Positions 20,044-31,075 of a stretch of 64,000 nt of DNA are shown here, piece after piece; within the stretch, counting starts at the first letter, position 1, and each line of letters opens with the position of its first letter. Source of the DNA: Polyangiales bacterium. Its GTDB lineage: Bacteria; Myxococcota_A; Polyangia; Polyangiales; Ga0077539. The stretch is taken from contig JBGARZ010000001.1 in NCBI GenBank assembly GCA_044229975.1, positions 1 through 64,000 on the forward strand. The letters are read 5' to 3'. Position numbers and translations under genes: made by a program. The notes beneath the pieces were generated by a model, which worked only from the letters and a program-made list of their open reading frames with translations, was not told the origin of the DNA and did no database searches.

Positions 20044-20997
20044 GTGGTGTTACGTGTTGTTGCAGCCGGTCGGTCAGACGTCGGCCTCTTGCGGGAGCAC
20101 AACGAAGACAGCTTCGCGCTCCTCCACGCCCACGGGCTCTTCGTCGTCGCCGACGGCATGGGCGGGCACCGCGCCGGAGAGGTCGCCTCGCAGCTCGCCA
20201 CGAGCGCGGTGACGGCCTTCTTCGACAGCACGATCCGCGAAGACGCGACGTGGCCCTTTCACTACGACCCGACGCTTTCAGTCGAGGAAAACCGGCTCAT
20301 CACGAGCATCAAGGTGGCCAACCGCTCGATCTACGAGGAGGGCGCCCGCGCGGCGGCGCACCGCGGGATGGGCACCACCTTCGTCGGCATCCTGGTGGCG
20401 CGGCAGGGGGCCAAGGTCTTCGTCGGGCACGTGGGCGACAGCCGCTGCTACCGGGTGCGCGACGGGGCCATCACCCTGCTCACGCAAGACCACTCGCTCG
20501 TCAACGAGTACATGCGCTCGATGCCCGACCTGCCCGCGGCGCAGCGCGACGAGCTGCCCCGCAACGTCATCACCCGCGCCCTGGGGATGAACGACGTGGT
20601 GCTCGTCGACCTGCACGCCGAAGACTCGCGCGAGGACGACATCTACGTGCTCTGCTCCGACGGGCTGTCGGGGATGGTGAGCGACGAGGAGATCCTGCAC
20701 GTGGTGACGGCCTTCGACGACCCGGAGGTGGCGTGCCGCGCCCTCATCGCGATGGCCAACGACCATGGTGGCGAGGACAACATCACGGCGCTGGTGGTGC
20801 GCCTAGTCGACGGTGAGCGGGAGTTTGTACCGCGGCGGCTGGCGTCGTCGATGGAAGAGACGCGACAGGTGGCCCTGCCCGACTTCAGCGACCGGACGGC
20901 CGAGATGCAGCGCGACGTGATCGTCGATGGTCGGGACGAGCTCGATCAGTGCGTGACCGACCCCGCGATTCGCCTCCCGGACGTGAAGCCCGAGTAG
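20044..20997 (+). CDS. PP2C-type Ser/Thr phosphatase with C-terminal extension
   Basis: SDVGLLREHNED, VADGMGG, DATWPF, HVGDSR, CSDGL, GGEDNIT. Confidence 0.93.
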   Translation: MVLRVVAAGRSDVGLLREHNEDSFALLHAHGLFVVADGMGGHRAGEVASQLATSAVTAFFDSTIREDATWPFHYDPTLSVEENRLITSIKVANRSIYEEGARAAAHRGMGTTFVGILVARQGAKVFVGHVGDSRCYRVRDGAITLLTQDHSLVNEYMRSMPDLPAAQRDELPRNVITRALGMNDVVLVDLHAEDSREDDIYVLCSDGLSGMVSDEEILHVVTAFDDPEVACRALIAMANDHGGEDNITALVVRLVDGEREFVPRRLASSMEETRQVALPDFSDRTAEMQRDVIVDGRDELDQCVTDPAIRLPDVKPE

Positions 20998-21022
20998 CGC
21001 ATCGGAGGTCGGCCGCGGGCGG

Positions 21023-21568
21023 TCAGCGCGCCGGGGTGGCGGGGTCGTTGGAGAACGGGCCGTTGGGGGCGTTTTCTTCCGGGGTCGGCTGACGCCGGAC
21101 GCGGTCGCGGAAGAGCGACCATGGGCCGCCTCCGGATTCGTTTTCGCCCATGCCCCACTCGCCGTTGGCGCGCCCGTTGGCCGCGGTGTCGACCCAGAAG
21201 AGCAGGTACCCCTTGCCCGAGAGCGGCGCGATGCGGCCGCAGGCGCGCTGGCTCTCGGTCCACGTGAAGCGCAGGAGGTTGCCGGTGGTGTGGCCCTCGA
21301 TGCGGCCCGTCGCGCGGCACGACGCGCGGTTGTACGCGTAGGTGCCCACCACGAGGTCGCCCGTCTGCTCCAGGAAGACGTCGCCGATCTGCCCCGAGTT
21401 GAAGCTCCCGCTGAAGCTCTCGTTGGCGGGCATCGGGCCGGGGCGGATGTCCACCTCGGTCATGGTGGGTCCGTCGTTGCCCGAGTAGCGGTAGGTGGTG
21501 CGAACCTGCGAGCCCGAACAGGCCGCAAGCATCAGGGTCGTGGTCAGGGTCAGCGCGCGTGCGGTCAT
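21023..21568 (-). CDS. Hypothetical lipoprotein
   Basis: Lipobox MLAAC; Gly/Trp-rich beta-barrel-like domain. Confidence 0.7.
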   Translation of the reverse strand: MTARALTLTTTLMLAACSGSQVRTTYRYSGNDGPTMTEVDIRPGPMPANESFSGSFNSGQIGDVFLEQTGDLVVGTYAYNRASCRATGRIEGHTTGNLLRFTWTESQRACGRIAPLSGKGYLLFWVDTAANGRANGEWGMGENESGGGPWSLFRDRVRRQPTPEENAPNGPFSNDPATPAR

Positions 21569-21596
21569 CGATCGGTGCTCCATCGGTTGTGGGCCG

Positions 21597-23585
21597 ATGA
21601 TGCCCTCCCGCGGGCCGCCACAACAGCCCTCTTCGGAGGTACCTTCGCGCTCCCCCGTGTCGGCCGCACCGCCCCCTACCGCCCCCAAGAGCACGGCCCG
21701 CGACCTCGCGCCGGTGCTCGCCTTCGCCCTCCCCGCGCTCGTCGGCGTCCTCGCGGGGGCTAACTCCATGGGCTTCTACGACGCGCCCGAGCTCGCCTCG
21801 TGCGCCGCGGGCCTCGGCGTCAGTCACCCCCCCGGTCACCCGCTCTTCGTCGCCTTCGCCGCCGTCGCCACGCTCCTCCCCATCGGCGCCGTCCCGCTGC
21901 GCGTCACCCTCCTCGGCGCGCTCTGCCTCGGCCTGATGGGCCGCCTCGCCTACGGCCTCACGCTCCCGCTCGTCGACGCCGTCCTCGATGGGCCGACTCC
22001 GGTGCCGCGCGCGCACCGCGCCCCGTGGCTCGCCCTCGGTCATGCCCTCGGTGCCGTCGTCGGCATCGTCACGGTGCGCCAGTCCAGCCGCCCCGAGGTC
22101 TACGCGCTTGCGGGCCTGCTCGGCGCGGCCACCCTGTTCATCGGCACTGCCCCGACCGGTCTCTCGCTCGCCGCCCGCGCCCGCCTCGGCGTGCTCACCC
22201 TCGCCCTCGGCGGAACCAACCACCACTTCATCGCCCTCACCACCGCCCCCGTCGCCATCCTCTCGCTCGTCGATCGGGTGCGCGCCGGTGGTCTCCGCGC
22301 GGTGCCCCGGATGCTCCTCCCGTGGACGGTGCTGGGTGCCCTCGGGCTCGCGCCGTATGCGCTGCTCGGCCTGCGCGCCAGGGCCGCCGCCAGCATCGTA
22401 CGGGTGCGTACGGTCGGCGACCTCGTGTGGACCGTCACCGCCCGCGCCTTCCAGAAGAACACCGGCGGCGGCGTCCCCGGCTCCTTCCGCGAGCACCTGC
22501 TCGACGTCCTCGACTGGATCGGCTCGTCCCTCTCCCCCATCGGCCTGCTCGCGGCCGTCGTCGCGCTCTTCGTCGCGTCGCGCCGCAAGCTCCCGTGGGC
22601 CCTGCGTCTCGCGCTCGTCGCGCTCACCGGGATGCTCGCCCGCGCCGCCCTCGGCTTCGTCGCGGGCAACCCCGACGCCGCTGGATATCTGGTGCCAGCA
22701 GTCTTCGTCATCGGTGTCCTCGGCGCCGCGGCGTCGTCGTATGGATGGCGCCGCATCCACGACGCGCCCGCGGCCCCCGAAGGGCCGTCGCCCCTCGCCC
22801 GTCGGCTGCTCATGGTGGCGCTGGTGTTGCTGCCTGCGCTTACCTTCCTCCCGATGGGCACTCTCGCCCTGTCCGAGACACTCGGTGACCGCGGCGACGC
22901 TCCAGAAGTAGTCACCGCGGCCGACCTCGACACGCTGCCCGCACGCGCCGTCGTGCTCGCGTATGCGCCCGAGACGGCGTTTCGTCTCCGGTACGCGCAG
23001 CTCGTCGAAGGCGAACGCCCCGATGTCACGGTCATCCCCGCGCCCTTCGTCCCGTGGCCCGGCATGACCAACACGCTCCTCGCCCGCGACGGGGCGCTGC
23101 TCCCGGTCGTTCGCGACTTCCTCTCCCGCGGCGAGCCCCGCATGTCGGGCCTGCTCGATCTCGCCCAGCGCCGCCCCGTCCGCATTGAGCTCGACCCGCA
23201 CAATCTCTTCGAGGCCGTCCCCTACGTGCTCCCACGCGGCGACTTCGCCGAGGTGCGCACCGAGCCCACCACCCTCACCGCGGTGCGCGCGACGGCCCCC
23301 GCCCACCTCGCCCGCCTCGAACGCCTCCGCGAAGCCCTCCAGCGCTCCCCGGGCGCCGACCGCGAGCCGCGCATCGCCGAGTACATCCTCTGGCGCGCCT
23401 ACCACGACGCCCTCTTCTTCGCGGCCCGCGGCGCCCGCAACGAGGCCCGCGCCGCCGTCGCCGCCGCCCGCCGCGTGCACCCCAACGAGCGCGAGCTGGT
23501 CGGCCTCGCCGCCGCCCTCAATGAACAAGGCGAAGGCCCCATCGACGTGACGCCCTACGTCGTGCGCGCCCACGTCCGGCAGTGA
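21597..23585 (+). CDS. DUF2723 / TMEM260-like protein O-mannosyltransferase
   Basis: DAPEL....LGVSHPPGHPLF and EVYAL motifs; many TM segments; start uncertain. Confidence 0.8.
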   Translation: MMPSRGPPQQPSSEVPSRSPVSAAPPPTAPKSTARDLAPVLAFALPALVGVLAGANSMGFYDAPELASCAAGLGVSHPPGHPLFVAFAAVATLLPIGAVPLRVTLLGALCLGLMGRLAYGLTLPLVDAVLDGPTPVPRAHRAPWLALGHALGAVVGIVTVRQSSRPEVYALAGLLGAATLFIGTAPTGLSLAARARLGVLTLALGGTNHHFIALTTAPVAILSLVDRVRAGGLRAVPRMLLPWTVLGALGLAPYALLGLRARAAASIVRVRTVGDLVWTVTARAFQKNTGGGVPGSFREHLLDVLDWIGSSLSPIGLLAAVVALFVASRRKLPWALRLALVALTGMLARAALGFVAGNPDAAGYLVPAVFVIGVLGAAASSYGWRRIHDAPAAPEGPSPLARRLLMVALVLLPALTFLPMGTLALSETLGDRGDAPEVVTAADLDTLPARAVVLAYAPETAFRLRYAQLVEGERPDVTVIPAPFVPWPGMTNTLLARDGALLPVVRDFLSRGEPRMSGLLDLAQRRPVRIELDPHNLFEAVPYVLPRGDFAEVRTEPTTLTAVRATAPAHLARLERLREALQRSPGADREPRIAEYILWRAYHDALFFAARGARNEARAAVAAARRVHPNERELVGLAAALNEQGEGPIDVTPYVVRAHVRQ

Positions 23586-23631
23586 CGCGCCCTTCCACCG
23601 CGCGCCTGCTTGGGTCGATACTCCGCGGCCC

Positions 23632-24465
23632 ATGAGCTCACTCCGCCAGCGCCTCGACGAGTCCGCCGCTGCCATCCGCGCCCGCGACCCGCGCGTCCCC
23701 TCCGTCGCGCTCGTGCTCGGCTCCGGGCTCGGCGCCTTCGCGGACACCCTCGCCGAAGCCACCACCATTCCGTTTGCGGAGGTTCCCAACCTCGCCAACG
23801 TCACCGTCCCGGGTCACGCGGGCAAGCTGGTCATCGGTCGTGTCGCGGGTGGTCCTTCGCCGGTGGTCGCCGCGCTCGCCGGGCGCATCCACCTGTACGA
23901 AGGGCACAGCCCCGACGACGTGGTGTTCAACGTGCGGGCGCTGCTCACGCTCGGCGTGAAGACGGTCATCGTGACCAACGCCGCGGGCGGCATCTCGCCG
24001 ACGCTGCGCCCCGGCGACCTCACGCTCATCACCGACCACCTCAACTTCACCGGTCGCTCGGCCCTCATCGGACCCAACGACGACAGCCTCGGCGCGCGCT
24101 TCCCCGACATGACCGACGCGTACGATCCGGCCCTGCGCAAGCTCGCCCACGCCGCCGCCGAGTCCGTCGGGCAGACGCTGCGCGAGGGCGTCTACGCCGG
24201 GCTCCTCGGCCCGAGCTACGAGACCCCGGCCGAGATTCGCATGCTCCGCGCGCTGGGCGCCGACCTCGTCGGCATGAGCACCGTGGTCGAAGTCGTCGCC
24301 GCTCGGCACATGGGCGCGAAGGTGCTCGGCATGTCGTGCGTGACCAACCTCGCGGCCGGCGTCTCGCCGCACGCCCTCTCGCACGCCGAGGTCGAAGACA
24401 CCGCCCGCGCCGCGCGTTCGCGCTTCATCGCGCTGCTCGAAGCCATCCTCCGCGGGCTCGCGTGA
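23632..24465 (+). CDS. punA: Purine-nucleoside phosphorylase (trimeric type)
   Basis: LGSGLG, GHAG, GRIHLYEG, TNAAGG, GPSYETPAE, VGMST, TN. Confidence 0.93.
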   Translation: MSSLRQRLDESAAAIRARDPRVPSVALVLGSGLGAFADTLAEATTIPFAEVPNLANVTVPGHAGKLVIGRVAGGPSPVVAALAGRIHLYEGHSPDDVVFNVRALLTLGVKTVIVTNAAGGISPTLRPGDLTLITDHLNFTGRSALIGPNDDSLGARFPDMTDAYDPALRKLAHAAAESVGQTLREGVYAGLLGPSYETPAEIRMLRALGADLVGMSTVVEVVAARHMGAKVLGMSCVTNLAAGVSPHALSHAEVEDTARAARSRFIALLEAILRGLA

Positions 24466-24917
24466 AGGCCGACGATCCGCGCTGGGCCGCCCTCGCCCGC
24501 TCCGCCGAGCGCATGCGCGCCCGCTCGCATGCCCCGTATTCGCGCTACCGCGTCGGCGCCGCGCTGCTCACCACCGCCGGGGTCTCGCGCGGCTGCAACG
24601 TCGAAAACGCCTCGTACCCGCTCTGCGTCTGCGCCGAGACCAACGCCGTCGTCCACGCCGTCGCGCGCGGCTGGCGGGACTTCGTCGCGCTCGCCGTCGC
24701 CACCGAAGGACCGCAACCGGGCGCGCCGTGCGGAGCGTGTCGACAGATCCTCGCGGAGTTTTCCGTCGACCTGCCCGTCGGGCTCGTCGTGGCGGGCGAG
24801 GTGAAGCGCGTGGTGACGGTGCGGGAGCTCCTCCCGCTGACGTTTACGGGAGACTACCTGTCGACGGGTGAGCCTCCGCAAACGCCGCGTGCAGCGCCGG
24901 GGCCTCGCCGCGGATGA
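24462..24917 (+). CDS. cdd: Cytidine deaminase
   Basis: APYSRYRVGAAL, GCNVENASY, CAE, PCGACRQ; GTGA overlap with PNP stop. Confidence 0.93.
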   Translation: MKADDPRWAALARSAERMRARSHAPYSRYRVGAALLTTAGVSRGCNVENASYPLCVCAETNAVVHAVARGWRDFVALAVATEGPQPGAPCGACRQILAEFSVDLPVGLVVAGEVKRVVTVRELLPLTFTGDYLSTGEPPQTPRAAPGPRRG

Positions 24918-25623
24918 CCTGCTCGGGTCGATAGCCGGTGTCGATGCGGTCGACCACGAGCGAGCGGTCGACGACGGTGAAGGCCACGCGCCACTCCTTC
25001 AGCGAGAGCACCCCGCGCGGACCGTCACGCCGGATGCGGCGATAGGCGTGCGCCTGCGGGCCGAGCGCGAGGGCGCGGTCGACGGGCTCACGTAGTTCGA
25101 CGCCGTGCGCGGCGAGCCAGCGAAGGTGCGTGACGGCGAGGTCACTCCAATGGACGTCCCAGGGGGGTTCGGGGTCGGCGGCGATCCAGCCGGTGGTGGC
25201 GTCGGGGACCGCGTCCGCGAAGGGAACGTACGGCTTGATGTCGAGCACCGGGCTCCCGTCGATCATGTCGACGCCGAGCACGTCGATGCGGAGCCCGTCG
25301 ACGCGCACGATGCGGAGGATGGACAGCCCGATGGGGTTGGGGCGATGGGGTGATCGGGTCGAGAAGACCCCGCGGCGACCCTGTCGACTGCGCGGCGGCA
25401 ACACGGTCGGGCGCCAGTGTTGATTGAGGTGAAACCAGTACACGAGCCAGAGGTGGCTCCACTGGTCGAGGTCGCGGAGGGCGTCTTCGTAGCGATGGCC
25501 GGGGAGGAGCTCGACGGTGCCGGGTGCCTCGCCTGCGGCGTACGGTTGGCGAGGGGCTTCGCGGCGTTCGGTGAAGGGGGTCCGCACGACGCCGATGGGG
25601 GCGAAGACGGCGTCGGGCATCAT
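24844..25623 (-). CDS. trmO: tRNA (t6A37-N6)-methyltransferase
   Basis: PIGVVRTPF..APRQP, VLPPR, GVFSTRSPHRPNPIGLS, DGSPVLDIKPY. Confidence 0.92.
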   Translation of the reverse strand: MMPDAVFAPIGVVRTPFTERREAPRQPYAAGEAPGTVELLPGHRYEDALRDLDQWSHLWLVYWFHLNQHWRPTVLPPRSRQGRRGVFSTRSPHRPNPIGLSILRIVRVDGLRIDVLGVDMIDGSPVLDIKPYVPFADAVPDATTGWIAADPEPPWDVHWSDLAVTHLRWLAAHGVELREPVDRALALGPQAHAYRRIRRDGPRGVLSLKEWRVAFTVVDRSLVVDRIDTGYRPEQVIRGEAPALHAAFAEAHPSTGSLP

Positions 25624-27200
25624 CGCGGCGTGAAGCGGTACCCGGAGTTGGGCGCGACGGCGCCCGCGCGGTTGAGGCTGACGAGGCGGCCAACGTTTCC
25701 GTCGTAGGACTCCAGCCCGATGGTCGCTTCGGCGCCGCGCGAGTAGCCGTTGTTGCGGTTCTCGTTGCAGTAGATGAACTCGATCACGTTGGTGGTCTGG
25801 AAGAGGCGGGCCTCGAAGGACACGTTGGTCCCGCCGTCGCGGTAGAAGGTCGCGCCCTGCCAGGAGACGTGAGCGACGCGGTTGGGCGCGGTGCCATCGA
25901 TCCAGAAGTACACGTCGGCCGCACCGTTGATGGTGAGGTCATCCCAGAAGGGCGCCACGACGCCGCGCGGCTGCCCCGAGAACGCGATGGAGTGATTGCG
26001 CCACGCGCTGGTGTTGTAGGGCGCCGTCTCGGTCGTGATGAACATGAAAAAGCCGTTGCTGGAGAAGGCCAGCTTGTCGAGCGCGCGCCCGAAGTAGTTG
26101 AACGAGAACCCCAGCGCCTGGATGTCGGAGACGGTGTCGTCGCCATCCATGATCTGCGCGGTGCCTGAAGTGGGGACCGGCGTGCAGCGCAGAGAGAAGA
26201 GCTGCTCCTGGCTGTAGCTGTTGGAGTTCTCCCAGGGGATCACGTCGAGCACGACCTCGTAGGCCCCCGACCCCGCCGACGAACCCGAGCGGTACCCGTC
26301 GACGACCAGGTAGTAGTTGCCCGGCGGGAGGTCGACGGTGCCACCGCCCGCGAAGCCCGGGAGGTTGCCGTTGTTGATGCACGCGACCTCGTCGCGGAAG
26401 CGGTCGTCGTCACCACCCTGCTCGGCGCAGTTCTGCGTGAGGTACACGACCGGAACGAAGCCGGGTGTCCCCGTCGGGCGGGCCGTCCAGGTGAGGCGGC
26501 TGTGCTCCGTGAGCGTCACGAGGTAGCCAACCTCGGGGTTGGTGTCCGTTCCGTCGGCGCAGGTGCCCTGGTACTCGTTGGTGCGACCCATCGTCGTGCT
26601 CGTCATGAGGTAGCGACCGACACCGTTGATCGCCGCCGTGCCCGAGAGGTTGCAGGTCTCGGTGGGCGCACCGACCACGGTGAGACCCGCGTCGGGAGTG
26701 CCCGCGTCGGGAGTGCCCACGTCGGGAGTGCCCACGTCGGGAGCGCCCACGTCGGGAGTGCCCACGTCGGGAGTGCCCACGTCGGGAGTGCCCACATCGC
26801 GCGGCCCGGTGTCGATCACGCCGGTGTCGATCACGCCGGTGTCCCGCGGCCCGACGTCGGTCGTGCCCACGTCCATCGCGCCGGTGTCGACGGTCCCCGT
26901 GTCGATGGTCACGACATCCCTGCCGCCAACATCGGGCGTGACCACATCGGGCACCACCCCACCATCGACGACGTCGCGACCCGCATCACCGCCCGCGTCG
27001 CGCACCGGGACGTCGCCGCCCACATCGATGGTCCCGGCGTCGACCGGTGAGCCCACGTCTTCCACCAAGCCGACATCGTCCGCCGCGGTGTCCTCGACCG
27101 CTCCGCCGTCGTCCGCGACCACCAGCGTCGGGTTGCCCAACCCGCACCCGGCGAGCGCCCACGACAACACCAACCATCGCGCGGCAACCGCAGGCTTCAT
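25620..27200 (-). CDS. Lipoprotein with DVGTP-repeat linker and extracellular beta-sandwich domains
   Basis: Lipobox LAGC; PGNYYLVVDG; GFSFNYFG..SSNG..VAPFWDDL (NIDO-like). Confidence 0.8.
   Translation of the reverse strand: MKPAVAARWLVLSWALAGCGLGNPTLVVADDGGAVEDTAADDVGLVEDVGSPVDAGTIDVGGDVPVRDAGGDAGRDVVDGGVVPDVVTPDVGGRDVVTIDTGTVDTGAMDVGTTDVGPRDTGVIDTGVIDTGPRDVGTPDVGTPDVGTPDVGAPDVGTPDVGTPDAGTPDAGLTVVGAPTETCNLSGTAAINGVGRYLMTSTTMGRTNEYQGTCADGTDTNPEVGYLVTLTEHSRLTWTARPTGTPGFVPVVYLTQNCAEQGGDDDRFRDEVACINNGNLPGFAGGGTVDLPPGNYYLVVDGYRSGSSAGSGAYEVVLDVIPWENSNSYSQEQLFSLRCTPVPTSGTAQIMDGDDTVSDIQALGFSFNYFGRALDKLAFSSNGFFMFITTETAPYNTSAWRNHSIAFSGQPRGVVAPFWDDLTINGAADVYFWIDGTAPNRVAHVSWQGATFYRDGGTNVSFEARLFQTTNVIEFIYCNENRNNGYSRGAEATIGLESYDGNVGRLVSLNRAGAVAPNSGYRFTPR
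26691..26795. repeat. 15-bp coding tandem repeat x7
   Basis: Unit close to gtcgggagtgcccac, encoding (V/A)G(T/A)PD on the minus strand. Confidence 0.92.
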
Positions 27201-27283
27201 CAGCGCCGCACTCTATCCAAACAGTCTGGAGACTTCACCCGCTCCGACCATCGGCGCCCACCTTGACGATCCCATCCCATCTA

Positions 27284-27298
27284 TGAGAGTGACTCTCA
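27284..27298. promoter_or_regulatory. Fur-like 7-1-7 operator upstream of the imelysin operon
   Basis: Perfect palindrome TGAGAGT-G-ACTCTCA just after TTGACG (27263); near-identical copy at 39953-39967. Confidence 0.7.
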
Positions 27299-27365
27299 CA
27301 ACCGGATGAATCAGGGCCCGCATGAGCGTGCTTTTGCCTGCAATCCCGGCGGATGGAGTGATCGA

Positions 27366-28556
27366 GTGAAGAAGCGAATGATCCTTTCGGGCGCCCTCCT
27401 CGGCGTGGTCGCGGCCCTGGCTGGTTGCAGCGACGAGGCCAGTCCGGCCACCACCAACCCGCCCGTTCCGGCGGCGGAGGCGGCGCCGGTTCTCGCGCAG
27501 CACGTCGGGCTGGTGCACGGCAGCTACGCGCTGGTGGTCAACCAGACGACGGCGATGCAGACGGCCATCAACACCTTCCTCACGACCCCGAGCGAGGCCA
27601 ACCTCGCCGCGGCGCGCACGGCCTGGGCTACGGCTCGTGTGACGTACGGGCAGACCGAGGCGTACCGCTTCTACGGCGGCCCCATCGACAACGAGATGAC
27701 CGGCGTCGAAGGCCAGGTCAACGCGTGGCCCATGGACGAGAACTTCGTCGACTACGTCACCGCCACGCCCATGAGCGGGATCATCAACGACACGACGACG
27801 TACCCGACGCTCTCGCGCGAGGCGATCTTGATGCAGAACGAGCGCGGCGGAGAGACCAACATCGCCACCGGCTGGCACGCCATCGAGTTCCTGTTGTGGG
27901 GCCAGGACCTGAGCGCGACGGGCCCGGGCGCCCGCCCGTACACCGACTACGTCACGGGCGCGGGCGGCACCGCGGCCAACCAGATGCGCCGCGGTCAGTA
28001 CCTCCGCCTCGTCACCGAGCAGCTCGTGGCCGACCTCACCACCGTGCGTGACGCGTGGACCCCGGGGACGCCCGGCAACTACGGCGCGACCTTCGGCGCC
28101 GACACCACGGTGGCCCTCCGCCGCATGCTCACGGGCCTCGGGTCGCTCTCGGGCGCCGAGCTCGCGGGCGAGCGCATGAGCGTGGCCTACAACTCCCGCG
28201 AGCAGGAGAACGAACACTCCTGCTTCAGCGACACCACGCACTCCGACCTGCTCAACAACGCCATCGGCATCCAGAACGTGTACCTTGGCCGCCTCGGCTC
28301 CATGGACGGCCCTGGTCTCAACGACCTCGTGCGCTCCCGCGACGCCGCGCTCAACACCCGGATGGAAGCCCAGCTCCAGTCGAGCATCGACCTGATCCGT
28401 GCGATTCCGGCGCCCTTCGATCAGGCCATCCTCGGCGCCGACACCACGCCGGGGCGCAGGGCCATCAAGGCGGCCATCGATGCGCTGCGCCTCCAGCGCA
28501 ACACCATCGTCGAAGTCGCCGCCCGCCTCGGCGTGTCGCTCACCCTCGAAGAGTAG
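27366..28556 (+). CDS. Imelysin-family iron-regulated lipoprotein (IrpA/IcmP-like)
   Basis: Lipobox LAGC; NAWP.DE..DY, GWHAIEFLLWGQD, ELAGER, EHSCFSD. Confidence 0.92.
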   Translation: MKKRMILSGALLGVVAALAGCSDEASPATTNPPVPAAEAAPVLAQHVGLVHGSYALVVNQTTAMQTAINTFLTTPSEANLAAARTAWATARVTYGQTEAYRFYGGPIDNEMTGVEGQVNAWPMDENFVDYVTATPMSGIINDTTTYPTLSREAILMQNERGGETNIATGWHAIEFLLWGQDLSATGPGARPYTDYVTGAGGTAANQMRRGQYLRLVTEQLVADLTTVRDAWTPGTPGNYGATFGADTTVALRRMLTGLGSLSGAELAGERMSVAYNSREQENEHSCFSDTTHSDLLNNAIGIQNVYLGRLGSMDGPGLNDLVRSRDAALNTRMEAQLQSSIDLIRAIPAPFDQAILGADTTPGRRAIKAAIDALRLQRNTIVEVAARLGVSLTLEE

Positions 28557-28560
28557 TCCG

Positions 28561-29969
<1,409 letters not shown>

Positions 29970-29973
<4 letters not shown>

Positions 29974-31070
29974 AGTCCCTTCCTTGTCTCGTCGCCTCGC
30001 TCGCCCTCGTCTCCGCCTGCTCCGATGACGCCGTCGTCGAGGTCGATCGCAACGCCGTGCTGCGCGACCTCACCGACAACGTGATGCTCCCCACGTACCG
30101 CGACCTCACCCCGCGCATGGACGCGCTCTCTCAGTCTCTCGGTGCGCTGTGCGCGACCCCGAGCAGCGAGAGTCTCACGGCGGCCCGCACCGCCTGGAGC
30201 GACGCACGCGGAGCGTGGAAGCGCGCGGCGGCCTTCCGCGGCGGCCCGATGGAGACGCTCAACACCTATCCCACGGTGGACTTCTACCCGGTGAGCACGA
30301 CGGCGGTGGAGGCGCTCATCGCGGGCGCCGACCCCCTCACCGCCGACAGCCTCGACGCGGTCGGAACCAACCGCCGCGGCCTCCCCGGCATCGAGGTCGT
30401 GCTCTTCGACGGCACCCGCGACGCGCCCACCCTCCTCGCCGCGTTGCGCGACGGCAGCGGGCCCTCGCGGCGCTGTCAGTACCTCGTCGCCGCGGGCGCC
30501 AACGTCGCACGCGCGACCACCGCCTTCGTCACCGCCTGGGAGCCGACGGGCGGCGGGTACGCCCGCACGCTCGCGACGGCGGGACAGGGGTCGAGCATCA
30601 CGACGTCGCGTGCGGCCATCGACCTCGTGGTCAACCAGGTCATCAACACGCTCGACGTGTTGCAGGTGTCGCGGCTGAGCGTTCCCAACGGGTCGCGCAA
30701 CGGCGGAACGCAGCAGCCCGACCAGACCGAGTCCATCCCCAGCGGACGCTCGACCACCGACCTCAGCGACTCGCTCGCGGGTGTGCGGGAGCTCTACTAC
30801 GGCACGCACGGTACGAGGCAGGGCCTCGGCATCGGGGCGATGGTCGTGGCGCGCAACCCGTCGCTCGACCGCAGCGTGCGCGCGGAGTTCGACGCGACGG
30901 CGCAGGCGCTCGCGGCCATCACCGTTCCGGTGCCGCGCGCGGTGACCGAGCAGCGCCCGCAGGTGGAGGCCGCCATCACCGAGCTCGGTCGCCTGAAGCG
31001 GCTCATCAAGGTCGACGTCGCCAACGCGCTCGGCGTGACCATCTCGTTCACCGACAACGACGGCGACTAA
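29970..31070 (+). CDS. Second imelysin-family lipoprotein
   Basis: Lipobox LVSAC; RGLPGIEVVLF; C-terminal FTDNDGD; GTGA coupling. Confidence 0.88.
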
Positions 31071-31075
31071 GCGCG

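Noticed and set aside
23610..24461. 435-aa ORF suggesting a long cytidine deaminase fusion
   Set aside because: Upstream part overlaps PNP in another frame; real cdd starts at GTG 24462
24844..24917. 74-nt convergent overlap of cdd and trmO as antisense regulation
   Set aside because: Stop-codon scarcity in high-GC DNA explains it; similar tail overlaps occur elsewhere in the window
30149..31075. N-terminal extension of HTTM (and of rdgB to 57914, GT22 to 14119, DHOR to 28399)
   Set aside because: Open frames overlapping upstream genes; downstream coupled starts fit the family N-termini
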